Source: Podarcis muralis
Lineage: Eukaryota
Assembly: GCF_964188315.1 (NCBI RefSeq)
Contig: NC_135667.1
Location: forward strand, 8,556,001-8,620,000
DNA: 64,000 nucleotides
Direction of reading: 5' to 3'
The notes under the pieces were generated by a model, which worked only from the letters and a program-made list of their open reading frames with translations, did no database searches and had not been told where the DNA came from. A program made the position numbers and the translations under genes. Positions 47,121 through 61,321 of the stretch are shown piece by piece; position 1 is the stretch's first letter, and every line of letters starts with the position of its first letter.

Positions 47121-47880
47121 TAGTATTAAAGTGGTTACTTTGAGTACCTCCTCCGGTGTGATACTCTTTGGTGGGATCAATTTTGGAAAGTTTAGTGTTG
47201 TGAAATTATAGCAGATTAAAATCCTCTGTCACCTTAGCTCAGGAGCGAGGAACAACTTTCCGGGCGGGGGGAGGGTGGTAGTTTCCATTAAAGTGCTAAT
47301 AAAATGGATGCAGGGGGAGGGGAGCTTGGTTTTTGATAGAGAAACTGCTTCCACCTCATTGATCAAGCCTCTTTGTAGCTATCTGTTTAAAAGACTCATT
47401 GCCTTCTGACACCCAGTGACAGACGGGTTGGTGGCCCCTTTCAAGTACCAAACATTGGCCCTCAAGGCCTGGGGAAATGATCAGTCTGGCCAACTGTGGG
47501 GAAATGTTACTGACTCCTGCCGTAAAGCAAGAAACTTATGAATAAAAATGGAGTTTTGTGGGTAGGGAAGCAATAGAGAAATGCATTGGAAAGTGTGGAA
47601 TGAATGGTGGCTTTGATAACTTTGAATTACTTCCTATTCTCTTATATGGGACTGATTTAGCTTATATTACTCTGTTCTTTAATTCCAAATTATATTTCCT
47701 TAAATAAAGAAACATGTTAACTAAAATTAAAGTTCTGAGAGTCTTCCTTGAACCTCAAATACCTTGCTGACTAATATGGAACAGAACAGAACAAATCAAC
47801 TGTTTGGATGGGCCCACAAAAAGAAAAAAAGTTTTCAGCAGGCATCTAAAAGAGTTAAAGTATTGTGAACACCTAAAGTT

Positions 47881-47887
47881 AATAGTA

Positions 47888-47946
<59 letters not shown>
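47881..47946. repeat. (AAT)n tract (L2 tail)
   Basis: Direct inspection. Confidence 0.9.
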
Positions 47947-48959
47947 TTATTATTTGTACCCCACCCATCTGGGCGGCTTCCAACAAAGATGAAAAATACA
48001 CTAAAAAGTCACATATTAAAATCGTCCCTGAAAAGGGCTGCCTTCAGATGTCTTCTGAATGTCAGGTAGTTGTTTATCGCTTTGACATCTGATGGGAGGG
48101 CATTCCACAGGGCGGGCACCACTACCGAGAAGGCCCTCTGCCTGGTTCCCTGTAACTTGGCCTCTCGCAGTGAGGGAACTGCCAGAAGGCCCTTGAAGCT
48201 GGATCTCAGTGTCCGGGCCGAACGATGGGGGAGGAGACGCTCCTTCAGATATACTGCACCGAGGCCATTTAGAGCTTTAAAGGTCAGCACCAATACTTTG
48301 AATTGTGCTCGGAAACGTACTGGGAGCCAATGTAGGTCTTTCAAGACCGGTGTTATATGGTCTCGGCGGCCGCTCCCAGTCACCAGTCTAGCTGCCGCAT
48401 TCTGGATTAGTTGTAGTTTCCGGGTCACCTTCAAAGGTAGCCCCACGTAGAGCGCATTGCAGTAGTCCAAGCGGGAGATAACCAGAGCATGCACCACTCT
48501 GGCGAGACAGTCAGCGGGCAGGTAGGATCTCAGCTTGTGTACCAGGTGGAGTTGGTAGACAGCTGCCCTGGATACAGATTTGACCTGTGCCTCCATGGAC
48601 ATCTGTGAGTCCAAAATGACTCCCAGGCTGCGCACCTGGTCCTTCATGGGCACAGTTACCCCATTCAGGACCAGGGAATCCTCCACACCTGCCCGCCTCC
48701 TGTCCCCCAAAAACAGTACTTCTGTCTTGTCAGGATTCAATCTAAATCTGTTAGCCGCCATCCATCCTCCAACCGCCTCCAGACACTCACACAGGACCTT
48801 CACCGCCTTCACTGGTTCTGATTTAAAAGTGAGGTAGAGCTGGATATCATCCGCATACTGATGAACACCCAGCCCAAACCTCCTGATGATCTCTCCCAGT
48901 GGCTGCATGTAAATGCTGAAAAGCATGGGGGAGAGGACAGAACCCTGAGGCACCCCACA
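47945..48959 (-). mobile_element. L2-clade LINE, 5'-truncated; RT ORF 48009-48953 is open
   Basis: PQGSVLSPMLFSIYM, QYADD, NPDKTE, SRLDYCN, LHWLPV. Confidence 0.93.
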
Positions 48960-50037
48960 AGTGAGAGTTCCAAAGGTGCTGCCACATCTATTTATGTATT
49001 TTTAAACTCTTTAAACATGCATAACAGACACTGCAGGGCACTGGAAGAAGCTTAAGTTCTTTACATGGAAGTTATTGGACCGGCACGTGTGAGTTAAAGC
49101 AATCCCTAAAGTAAACCGGTCCCAATATATTAAGGACTTCTTATATGAATGTGTTAGTAGGTGCCTGATAAATGGTTTCAATACAATGGGAGAAAGGGAA
49201 CTTCAGTCAAAGGCGCTCTATGCCCTCCGAATGTCTCTTCCAGGCCCTCAGAAGTCTTCCCAGGTTGTATTCCTCACTGGCTCTGCTTCAGATCCTGAGG
49301 TTTTTGCCTGCCTGGAATATGTCCTTGAACTTTGATAATAATACTGCTTGGCCTGAATTAAAAAAAATATTGTGCCAGCTCACAAGAAATGATTTAAATA
49401 ATTGACAATAAATCATGTTTATCCACACCTGAGAGACTCAGTTTTGGTCACCTCCTGAGTCATCTTCTAGTAAGCTTGTAGACAGGAAAAATGGCTTTTC
49501 TTCTTTATTAAAAATAAAATAAAAATGCTTTCTGTTTTCTAAAAGAGTACAGAAACAAACTTTTTATGTATGGTTTTCTTTGCACAAACTGTATTTGCAA
49601 TTCCTCTGCATTAGAGAAATTGGGGAGGACAAAAGTGGAAATGAAGATGAATTTATTTTTTTTATCTAAGTAACATGGTGGATACTACCAATGCTGTGCC
49701 AAACCTTATCCTCCAATTTTTCCAAGCTTCCTTCTCCTGTGATTCAGTATTATATCTTACTACCTCATTTTCATGCTGCTTTGATGTTTCACTGGGGGTG
49801 GTAGAGAGTTGAATTTAGCTCTGGGTTGTGAGATTGCTGACATTGGAAAGAGTGTTTTTCTTTTATCAAATATTTCTTCTGTGCCTCCTGATCACAATTT
49901 GATGCACCTCCCTGGACTTTAATGTAAGTTCAGGAAGCTTGTGACGTTGGCTCCTCATCAACTTGGATCAGTACACTTGCTAATTTTGTTTTTCAAGGAA
50001 GTTCATACTTTTACTTAAACAGATAAGCACATTTATA

Positions 50038-50279
50038 TAGTGGTACCTCGGATTAAGTACTTAATTCGATCTGGAGGTCTGTTCTTAACCTGAAACTGTT
50101 CTTAACCTGAAGCACCACTTTAGCTAATAGGTCCTCCCGCTGCCGCTGTGCCGCAGCTGTGTGATTTCAGTGCTCATCCTGAAGCACAGATCTTAATCCA
50201 AGGTACTATTTCTGGGTTGGCGGAGTCTGTAACCTGAAGCATATGTAACCTGAAGCGTATGTAACCAGAGGTACCACTG
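50038..50279. mobile_element. Tigger/pogo-like MITE
   Basis: tagtggtacctcgg ... gaggtaccactg+TA. Confidence 0.85.
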
Positions 50280-51587
50280 TATATAAAAAAGAACATATGT
50301 CAGTAGTAGAGTTTGCAGCTTCCACTGATTTGCACACCTATAGAAATGTTAGTGGGGAATGTCATGACTCTTCAGGGAACTGGAACATCTGGAAAGGCTG
50401 AACATTGCAGATACATTTCCAGATTCACCCTCCACCCTCTATTCTCCATGTAATGGGGGATGGCAAAGAAGTGGACAGCTCAGCTCAAAGAGTAATTCAC
50501 ATAATGCTATACATCTTGGGACATTTCCATTCTACCTTTAGTTACAGACGTGGGATTGTTACATGTCACATGTCTGTTTACATTCCAGCACTGTTTGCTG
50601 GTGTAAGTGGAACTTCCGCTGCGTTGTATTGCTTTTGCTTTTCTCTCTCTCTCGGAAGAGACGGCAAAGAGAGACGACATGTTTACTTGTCCTGATTTAT
50701 GTTTAATAAATCCGTAGTTTATAGTATGTCTCCACAAGCCTCAAGCCTCTTTCATTGCAGTTTGCTTTGCTAAATAAACTGTGCCCATCTCAGCAGACTT
50801 GGGTCACTGATTTGTGTTGCACCAGAGGTCAAAGGATCTTCTCAGCATGACGTCTGGAAGGAGACGATCCAGCTGGGGGCTAGCCAGTTGGCCGTTTGAC
50901 CCCCAGATGCCGACAATATGACCATATCTTTTTCAAATATGAATGACTGGACTCTTCTGGACAACCCTTTTTTATTGTGTAGAGAAATATTAACTGCTTG
51001 GGTTGGGCTAAAAGTGTTGTATTAGGATTTGGTGCTTTGCTAGCCCAAAGAAAACAACTTCACTCTGATTGGCATTGACTCACATGGGAAAACTGAAAGC
51101 CAATTGGTTGGATTGGTTGTGCCACAAAGGAGCAGAGGTAACAAACACCCAAAAGTGGCTCTCTGAGGAAGGGGAGAAAAGAAGTTAGAAGTTATTATCT
51201 CTCCCTGCAATCATCCAAATCACCATAATTAGTTCACATAATCAAAGCCAGAGAGGTTTTTAGTAGGCACTAACAAAGTCAAAAAGCAACTCTTTTATAA
51301 ATTATGACATGTTCTATGGATAGCTGTGAATAGGGGCAAGAGACAGGAAACTCTTCATCAGTTTCATTTCTGACTCCCACCCCCATTTTATTGACCAGCC
51401 TTGAATTCAGATTGTTGACAATTTTATCTACTATGAAATACATTTGTTTGTAATTTTTGATTCTCAAAACCAGCTCACAGAACTATCTTCTAGAAAAGTG
51501 TTGTGAAATACAGGTATCACTCTTAGTAGGTAGCTCAAGCCAGGAACCTGATAGTGACAGGCAGGTCTGCATTTCTAGTGAAGCAGG

Positions 51588-54500
51588 ATGTTGTGGCTCT
51601 TGGTTTTTATGTTTCCGTTGTCCCCTGTTGAGTGCAAAGAAATGACTTTGAGCTGCCCTCCGAGTGATCCTTTTCCTGTTCCACATGAGTGGTATCAGCC
51701 AGGTGGCCTCATCATTGGTGGAATCGCTTCTCAGCTGATTTATGTATTCTACGAAGTTTTCTTCAAAGAGCACCCTTCACAAAATCTGTTCCAGGTTCCA
51801 CAGTAAGAGTATTTCCCTCTCTGCATCCTTTCTCTATGTGCCCTGCCTTTTATAATTGAAACCTTAGAGAAGGGAGTGTCCTCTTTCTCATTTACTTCAT
51901 GTATTCTATATTGTGATCCCTAGGTTTTGTTGCAAATATTAAATATTGCACAGTTTGAAGTGTCTGGAAGCATAAAAACTGACTACAGTGGTACATCGCA
52001 AGACGAATGCCTCGCAAGACGGAAAACTCGCAAGACGAAAGGGTTTTTTGTTTTTTGAGCTGCTTCGCAAGACGATTTTCCCTATGGGCTTGCTTCGCAA
52101 GACGGAAACATCTTGCAAGTTTGTTTCCTTTTTCTTAACACCGTTAATACAGTTGCGACTTGACTTCGAGGAGCAACTCATAGCACACGGTGTGGTAGCC
52201 TTTTTTGAGGTTTTTGAAGACTTTGGTGATTTTTGAAGCTTTTCCACAACTTTTCCGACACCGTGCTTCGCAAGACGAAAAAAATCGCAAGACGACAAAA
52301 CTCGCGGAATGAATTAATTTTGTCTTGCGAGGCACCACTGTACTGTGGAAATGATAAATTGTCCAGACCTTTGAACATGTTATTTAAACCTTTACTGGCA
52401 GAACTTTTTTACAACATATGAAATAATCCAAAGGTGTCTCTCTCTTTCCTCTCTTCTTTCCTGTTGGTTTGCTGTTTCTTGTTTTTTAAAAAAGCATAGG
52501 CTAACTTTCATCTTAAACATAAAACAAAGCAATTTTCTGGTATCTTTATAGGGAATAAAGCAGAATGTAAATAAAAAAAATGTTAAGAATTCAATTCTCA
52601 GAAGACTTACCTGAGAGTTAAACCCACTGAACATTATAGGACAATACTCTGCATAGAAATGCATAGGTCTTCCCTGGAAATTAAGTCAAATGAGTTCCCA
52701 TTAAAATTAGTGGGACTTCTAAAGCCATTAGAATAACTCATCTCCTTGATTCCACTGTGACATAACTTTTAAGAAACTTTAAGGGTAGCCATAAAAATGA
52801 ACATTAGATGCTGCCTTACACCCAGTCCCCCCAGATGTCCATATAGCTCAACATCATCAGTGTTGAATGTCAGGATTACACAAGGGTCTAAACCTTCCTG
52901 GAGATGCCAGGTATGGAAAGTGATCACCTACCTAAGGGGAAATATGTGAGGGATAGATTCACACAATTCTTAAATCAACTGAGATGAAAAGATCAAGGAA
53001 GAGTTAAGAGTTGGTGGGTGTGTCAAAATACTATGCAGCATGCAAATGTCCTGATGAATCCTACATTTTCCTGATCTGCATGCTATTTAGCTTGAAAGCA
53101 TTGATTAAGAATAAACAAATAACATTTAAATCCCAAGCAGATTCAGGGAGAAATGCATAATATTTGGTATGTTGATTTCCTTCATTATAGAATTTTCCTT
53201 TGATACTATAAATTAATTAACTCCATTTGCAGTATGATGACAAAATGCTACCAGCACATACTTGCCTTGGCATTTGCTGTGAAAGAGATTAATGAGAACG
53301 CCAAGATCTTACCCAACATCACGCTGGGCTTCCACATCCATGACAGCTATCATGATGCAAGGATGACCTATCGAAGCACTATTGACCTACTCTTCAAATC
53401 ACATAGATTTGTCCCCAACTATAAATGTGACACCCAGAAAAACCTCATAGCCATCATCGGGGGAATTAGCTATGATACCTCCTTCCATATGAGAGACATC
53501 ATAGGCCTTTATAAGATTCCACAGGTAGGATTCCCCCCCCTTTTTGCTTCGCTGATGTGGTCCATAGGAAAATAGATTTGGCACCAGCTTAGCTGCAGGC
53601 ATTGCCAGAAGGAGGCGTACAAGGCACCATCCAACTGACTTGGGGACTCTACTCTGGATTTGTGTATGGTTTACAGCTTAAGATTTTCTTCTCCTGAAAT
53701 ATCCCACAAGGCAGCAGAGATTTAGGATCAGAGTTTTTCCTTCTCCTAGATAGACTACCTTTCCAGGTGCTCAAACCCCTCATTTCCCACTACAGCATGT
53801 GCAGTAACTGCCTTCTTGACTTTTGGACCCACTCTTTGTCACATCCACTCAATCCACTACATGCAGGGGAACCCATAACTCACCAAGGGTGTGAGATCCA
53901 TTGGCTGCCCTCCTCTGGTTTAGCCAGCTGGTCAAAACTGTTTCCTAGAGTATGGTTGACAGTTTCTAGGAGCCAAAGGTGGTATCTGAGTGCACGGTGG
54001 AGACCAAAAGTAGACAGATTTCCAAAAAAGGAGCACAATGTGACCTGCACCTGAGATTCTACCCCTCCACTGACAACCTGAAGATCCCATAGTAGTTCCA
54101 CTCCTTTTAAGATTGCATATTAAACAGTTGTGTCCTTTCCAGGGACCGTTATGGCTTTGCTATTGCTGCAGTTTTGCTCTTCATCAAAAGTCAAAGGCAA
54201 CTTCCCAGAAAGGCTGTAATATAATTGTTGGATTTTTAATGTAAAATATATTTGCATAACTGTAAAGGTAAAGGGACCCCTGAGCATTAAGTCCAGTCAC
54301 TGACGGCTCTGGGGTTGCGGCGCTCATCTCACTTTACTGGCCGAGGGAGTGGGCGTTTGTCCGCAAACAGTTTTTCCGGGTCATGTGGCCAGCATGGCTA
54401 AGCCGCTTCTGGCGAAACCAGATCAGTGCACGGAAACGCCGCTTACCTTCCCGCCACAGTGGTACCTATTTATCTACTTGTACTTTGATGTGCTTTCGAA

Positions 54501-55785
54501 CTGCTAGGTTGGCAGGAGCAGGGACCAAGCAATGGGAGCTCACCCTGTTGCAGAGATTCAAACCACTAACCTTCAGATCGGCAAGCCCTAGGCTGAGTGG
54601 TTTAGACCACAGTGCCACCCACGTCCCAACCTGTAGAAATGTTTAATTGAAAAAGTTGTTGAATTGAACTTTAATGGAATTTACAAATTGCTTAAACATT
54701 TTTGTTGGTGGTGATGTTTTAATGAAAGAGGCACATGTTCAGGAAGAAAGCTTCCAGTGTAGCTCTGTAATATCCTTGTAATTTCTTTCAGCTTGCATAT
54801 GGTTCATTTTACACTGAGGAGGTAAGAGATACAAGTCGGATCCCTTCATTCTACCGAATGGTGCCAAATGAAGCCCAACAATACATAGGAATTATCAGAT
54901 TACTTAAGCATTTTGAATGGACATGGGTTGGTCTATTTACTATGGACGATGTCAGTGGACAAAATTTCTTGCAGACCATGGAACCTCTGCTTTCCCAAAA
55001 TGGAATCTGCTCAGCCTTCACACAAAGAATCCCACATCAAATCCATCTTGATAACCTGGATGAAACACGTGACATAGCCTTAAATATGTATGTACTGGTC
55101 ACATATAATAAAGTCACTACATTTATCGTCTATGGAGAATCTCTCACAATCATATGGCTTAGAGCCATTCTATTTATGCAAGATCCAACAAATAAGATAG
55201 ACACATCATTTAAAAGGGTGTGGATCTTGACAGCACATACTGATTTCATAGCAATAGGGCTTTTTAGATTCTGGGATTTTCAGGTCTTCCATGGTGCCAT
55301 ATCCTTCACAATTCATTCACAAAATCTTCTAAAGTTCAGTGAATTTCTTCAGAGGATCAAGCCTTCCTGGAGCCAGGGAGATGGCTTTTTCAAGGACTTC
55401 TGGGAGCAAGTATTTGACTGTATATTTCCAAATCCCCATGTGGTAGTGGAGCCCAAAGAACTGTGTACTGGAGAGGAGAGCTTGGACAGTCTTCCAGGGG
55501 CTCTGTTTGAAATGGAGATATCTGGCCATAGCTACAGTATCTACAATGCTGTTTACACTGTGGCTCATGCCTTGCATAACACTTACTCACCTAGATCCAA
55601 GCAGAGAATAATGGAGAGGACTGAAAGATTAAAACTTCAGGATGTGCAGCCTTGGCAGGTAATGCTTTGCAAACAAAGAGCAACAAACATATGATTCTTT
55701 CACTGAAACACTAAGTCCAAAAGTAGTAGTATTTTTTGCCACATACAAGCAAAGCTTTATGCTTTCATATTTCCTTCATATATTT

Positions 55786-55826
<41 letters not shown>

Positions 55827-58105
55827 ACGCGCATAACAATTTTTGCATCAACTCTGCCAAGACAACTGATTTTTCACACTTGGTCTATGTACTGTAAAGC
55901 TACATAATTATAGCTAAATAATGCTGATAAAGAAAGTTGTTGTAAATAATGACATTTTGTTCAATATCTCCGTTATGTAGTTCCCCCTTCATCTCTCTTT
56001 ACCCTTTCATTTAGTTACACCGTTTTCTTAATGAAATTTCATTCAACAACTCAGCTGGAGAAACAATGTTCTTTACTAATAAGAGAGAAATGGGAGGTGG
56101 ATTTGACATCATGAACTTGGTCACCTTCCCAAACAAGTCTTTCCTTCGAGTGAAGATTGGATGGGTGGATCCCAACGCTCTCAACAGAGAAGAATTCACC
56201 ATTCATGAGGACCTGATTATATGGAACAAAGCCTTTAACCAGGTATGGAAACTGGGCATTCCTTTGATCCAAGGTAAAGGTAAAGGTACCCCTGACCAAC
56301 AGGTCCAGTCGTGACCGACTCTGGGGTTGCGCGCTCATCTCGCTCAAGAGGCCGGGAGCCGGCGCTTGTCCAAAGACAGCTTCCGGGTCACGTGGCCAGC
56401 GTGACTAAGCTGCAGCTGGCGAGCCAGCACCAGCGCAGCACACGGAAATGCCGTTTACCTTCCCACTGGAGAGCAGTCCCTATTTATCTACTCGCACTTT
56501 GAGGTGCTTTCGAACTGCTAGGTGGGCAGGAGCTGGGACCGAGCAACGGGAGCTCACCCCGCCGGGGGGATTCGAACCGCCGACCTTTCGATCAGCAAGT
56601 CCTAGGCTCTGTGGTTTAACCCACAGCGCCACCCGTGTCCCAAGGTGGCCAAGGTGGCCAAGGTACTCGCCAGATAATCACCATTTCTCTCTCTTGTGAT
56701 TGACTGGTGGGCTAAGTGACCTTTTCCACCTGCTTCATACACCTACCCAGCAGTGCCAAATAGGTGCAATTACACATTACTTGAATTGGCTTTCCGGTCA
56801 CTTGGCAGGTGGGTGCAGAAAAGGAAAGAGGTTGGCAAAGATGTTGAGCTCCTTGCGAATTCTGATTCTAGAGATTTGTCACTGCGCTCTCTGAAACATG
56901 TGGCAGGGTATGGGTGACTTTTGAAATTAATGTGCGTTGCTAACTTAGAGTTGTGTGTCTCAAAGGCTGTGTGAATCAGAAAGACCTCGGTTAATCATGG
57001 CAGGTTTAGGAGCCTGATAGAAGATCTAAAGATTTCTTTATGCATGGGCTTTCCCCTTTGCCAGGCAAAAGCAAACTCTGCCCTCCAGATGTTTTGGGAC
57101 TACAACTCCCACCATCCCTAGCTAACAGGATCAGTGGTCAGGGATGATGGGAATTGTAGTCTCAAAACATCTGGAGGGCAGAGTTTGCCTATGCCTGCCC
57201 TTTGCTATTTATAAATTCTTAAACTTACAACTAATAAAGTAGCCCTAGCTTAGTCCATGTATTTTCTCTTGCCTCTTTTTCTGGTTTACTAACAAAGGAT
57301 GGGCCAATGGCTGTGATTTATATGAAGCAGCTTCTAAGGCTTTTTTTGGGGGAGGAGGGGGGTGGTTGTGAGAGGTTTACTTTCTTATTTGAAGTGCAGT
57401 GACTGAACATTTTTTAAGAAAGAAGCCTCCCTTATGAAATTATTTCCTGTGTATGGACAGATGACACCCATTTCTGTGTGTAATGACTACTGCCGGCCTG
57501 GTAATCAGAAGAACAGGAAGGAAGGGCAGAAATTTTGCTGCTACGATTGTACGCTATGTCCAGAAGGGAAGATGTCAAACCAGAATGGTAAAGGACACTT
57601 TTCATTGTTCAATATTAATAAAGGTTATTGTGTCAGATCTATTTAAAATAATTTAATTACTACATTTTGCATGTATCTGCACTATCCGACTTGGAGTGGT
57701 GTGTTCATATTTTTCTGCTGTTTTCCAGCAACCTCTGAAGAAAGCATTTAAAAACCAATAAGTCTGGTGCAGTACAATGCACATAGATTTGAAAGTGCTC
57801 CCCACTCATTTCAAATGTATTGTTAAATGCATCTCTAGAAGTACAATCATCTGCAGGTTGCAAGTTTGTGACTTGTTAGTATGACTGGAATGTTAGTATG
57901 ACAACTATGCTAGGTGAAATTCGGTCAGACATTTATTATGCCTCAGGTAAGCAGGTTTGGGAAAGGAGTAGGGTGAAGAGAAGGTTATCATTTCAGTGAG
58001 CACCTGCTATTCAAATTCCACTCAGTGGTTGAGATGCACCCATTACCCTTAGGAGTTGACCAGCATTGGAGAATGGTGTGCCACAGGACAGGTATCACAG
58101 ATCTC

Positions 58106-58136
<31 letters not shown>

Positions 58137-59733
58137 TACCTTTATTGTCATTGTACAACCTGTGTACATTGAAATTAAACAAGCCTCCCTCCCCACCCCC
58201 AAACACTCAGTCTCTTATTGAATGACACACCACCTCGCAAGTCAATTTTGCTATGTTATTTTCTGCTCAACAGCCTAACAGCCCATGGATAGAAGCTATT
58301 TTTTAGCCTGTTGTTACGGCTGATTATACTTCTATATCTCCTGCCCGAGGGTAGAAGATTAAAGAGGTGATGACCGGGGTGTGAGTCATCCCTAAGAATT
58401 TTTCTCACTCTCCTAAGGCAATGATCCCTTGCGATGTCATCTAGCAGGCTCAAGGGACAGCCCATGATATCATGTGCTGTATTCACCACCCTCTGTAGAG
58501 ACTTTCTGTCTGTGGCTGTCAGGCCAGCATACCACACTGTGATACAATATGAAAGCAACCATGGGCTGAGTTTAAGAAAGGGCAGCCTCATCTCAACTAG
58601 GGGCATGCTTTCATTCTGTGCCCTGTCATGTGCCTTGTCCCCTGACAGCAACAAAAAGCGCCAACTTGTGCCTAATTCTCTGCCCCACAACTGTATCAGT
58701 GGTGTAAGAGGAAGCCCCCCATGGGCAGGATGCATGGCAAAGCAGCTTAATATTGTTTAAACTCAAACAGGATAAATTCAGCAGATAACTCAAAGAGTAA
58801 TTCACATAATGCTATATGACCATATGTTTTTCAGATATGGATGACTGCATCAGATGCCCAGCAAATCAGTATCCAAACCAGAAGAAAAATGGGTGCATCC
58901 AAAAAAGAATAAGCTTTCTTTCTTATGAGGAACCCTTAGGGATCAGCTTGGCTTCCTTTGCTCTTTCTTTTTCCCTGATCACAACTTTGGTGATAGGAAC
59001 TTTTATTAAATACAATGACACTCCCATTGTCAAAGCTAACAACAGGGATCTCACCTACGCTCTCCTCATTGCCCTCCTACTCTGCTTCCTCTCATCATTT
59101 CTGTTCATCGGACACCCTGGGAAAGTGACCTGCCTTCTTCGCCAACCAATGTTTGGCATCGTCTTCTCATTGGCTGTTTCATGTGTGTTGGCAAAGACTG
59201 TCACTGTAGTTGTAGCTTTCATGGCCACTAAGCCAGGGTCTAGCATGAGGAAGTGGGTGGGAAAGCTGCTGGCCCAAGTTATTGTCCTTTCCTGCTCTCT
59301 TACTCAAGCTAGTATTTGTACTGTGTGGTTGATGACTTCTCCCCCATTCCCCCAACTAGACATGGACTCAGTAGCAGAAGAAACCATTGTGCAGTGCAAT
59401 GAAGGCTCGGTGACCATGTTTTACTGTGTCCTGGGCTACATGGGCCTCCTGGCCCTTGCCAGCTTCATTGTGGCATTTGCAGCTCGCAAATTGCCAGACA
59501 GCTTTAATGAAGCCAAGTTCATTACCTTCAGCATGTTGCTGTTCTGCAGTGTTTGGATGTCCTTTCTTCCAACATATTTGAGCACCAAAGGAAAATCCAT
59601 CGTGGTGGTGGAGATCTTCTCCATCTTGTCTTCAAGTGCTGGATTGTTGGGCTGCATCTTTTCTCCTAAATGTTACATGATTTTCCTGAGGCCTGAGCTG
59701 AACAATAGGGATCACATAATGAGAAAGACCTGA
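51588..59733 (+). CDS. V2R gene E (more divergent subfamily), 875 aa; exons 51588..51802, 53233..53524, 54792..55658, 56015..56242, 57461..57587, 58835..59733
   Basis: Exon lengths 215/292/867/228/127/899 sum to 2628 nt; GT-AG junctions; [38 protein letters not shown]. Confidence 0.93.
51986..52340. mobile_element. Tigger/pogo-like MITE (family 2)
   Basis: TIR cagtggtacatcgcaag / cttgcgaggcaccactg; TA TSD. Confidence 0.88.
54263..54627 (-). mobile_element. Sauria SINE
   Basis: aaaggtaaagggacccc ... acccacgtccc. Confidence 0.92.
55787..55824. repeat. (GT)n microsatellite
   Basis: Direct inspection. Confidence 0.95.
56271..56641 (-). mobile_element. Sauria SINE, ~30 bp downstream of the exon 4 donor of E
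   Basis: (AAAGGT)n tail; 5' end gggacacgggtggcgct on the minus strand. Confidence 0.92.
57062..57197. mobile_element. 136-bp hAT MITE
   Basis: TIRs gcaaactctgccctccagatgttttg / caaaacatctggagggcagagtttgc; perfect 8-bp TSD ccctttgc. Confidence 0.92.
58136..58558 (-). mobile_element. Rex1/Babar-clade LINE 3' fragment
   Basis: Minus [12 protein letters not shown]...LQRVVNTA...[18 protein letters not shown]...[14 protein letters not shown]; (AAT)n tail at 58107-58135. Confidence 0.8.
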
Positions 59734-61321
59734 GCAATACCTTTGTTTTCATCTTACTGATTTATTATAAGATATATTTATTATAAATGTCTCCAGCATG
59801 CCACTGTTTTGTTGGGAAGGGGGATTTAGTTTAGATTTTTTTTATAAAAAAAACACACAACACCTATAGTAATGTGCTCTGTCACATCATATGTGCCATC
59901 AAGTGTGGGGTGGGTACTGATAATGCTTCAGAAGAAGAAGAATGATCTGAAAGGGAGCTCTCAGTTGTTAGTTTGCTGGAGGAATGTGCTCTCCCAAGGT
60001 CAATAATGGAAGAACACCTCGCTCCAGCATCATATACAAAATGCACTATTAGAAAAGTTAACGAACAAACTTAAACTAGCATAGGGACAAGCAAGTGAGG
60101 ACACCTTCACACTGTTGTGGCTCCCGTTTATCACATATACAGCACAAGACAATTCCTGGTTACACTCCTATCACGCCAATCATCAGGCCATTATTTTTTT
60201 CTGCACACCATTGGTCTTCAATTATTATCTAAAAGCCACAGCCATGTGCAACTCGCAGTGCCTGGCATAACCTGTCATTCAGCTTCAAGCAAGAGGTCTT
60301 ACCTCCAGAATGCCACCCCATTATTCTCAAAGTGGAACTCAAGCCACATTTGTAAGTGAGTCTGAACATGATTCAACTTTATCCAGTCCCTGACCCTATC
60401 ATCAGAAAAAGTGGTGCAAAAGTGCCTTTACGAAGAGAGATAAGCAATCACAATTAGATTCTGATGCCTTACGTCCAGCCTCTCGGACTTACCCATAAGT
60501 CTGAAGTGGTTAAGCTTTTGGATACAGAACTGGGACTGGGAGTGTGCACCAAGTAGGAAGAGGGTGGCTTGAAGAGATTGTGATGGATTAAAAACTGGAA
60601 ACATGCTTCAAAACAATAAGTTGTTACTGTACTGCTATTGGGTTAAGCATGTGTCTGTGTTTGACAGCAGAAAGGGTGACATAAGCCAAACTCTATTTGA
60701 AGGGTTTGGCTTCCCTTTGCAAGGCTTTGGGTGTCTCAAGGAGCAGTAGCTCTGCTCCAGAATGGCATTTGGATCCGGTGTGCTTTATCCCAGCCTTATT
60801 TACATTTACACCAGCTTCCAGTACAACAATACCTGCATATAATTCATGCAATGAGACAAGTTGCCTGGTTTTAAATCATAGTTTAAAAATGGAGTTGAGA
60901 AGTGGCTTTAATCTAAATATATAACACTTTTGCTTTGTATTCGGAAACTAGTGCCTTTGCTCTTGAGTTTCCTGTTGTTGTTAGTTCACCAAGGAAAAGT
61001 TCTTCTGTGCCCCACCCCATGTGGAGCAGAACTGGGCGTAAAAAATAGCAAAAGTGTCACTCAGACTCCAAACTCTGAACAAGTGATTAATACTCCTATA
61101 CTACAATTACTCAAATGACTGCAATCTCTTCACCAGGTAAAGCCCCCAGATGGTTTCATGAGGTAGGTAGAAAACAATCAACAAGGAAGCCAGAAAGTAT
61201 TTAAAAAATAAGCTCATATGCTATGGAGAGTCAGGCAGGTCGCAATTTATGAGAATATAATCTCTGTTACTGCTACAGAAATGTAATTGATTAAATGTAT
61301 ATCATAAGCTTGGCTGGCAGG

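Noticed and set aside
50545-50925. Possible Gypsy-type solo LTR (TG...CA, AATAAA)
   Set aside because: Could not identify a convincing TSD or a second copy by eye
53580-53800. Possible RTE/Vingi-type non-LTR 3' fragment
   Set aside because: Recognition too weak without a database search
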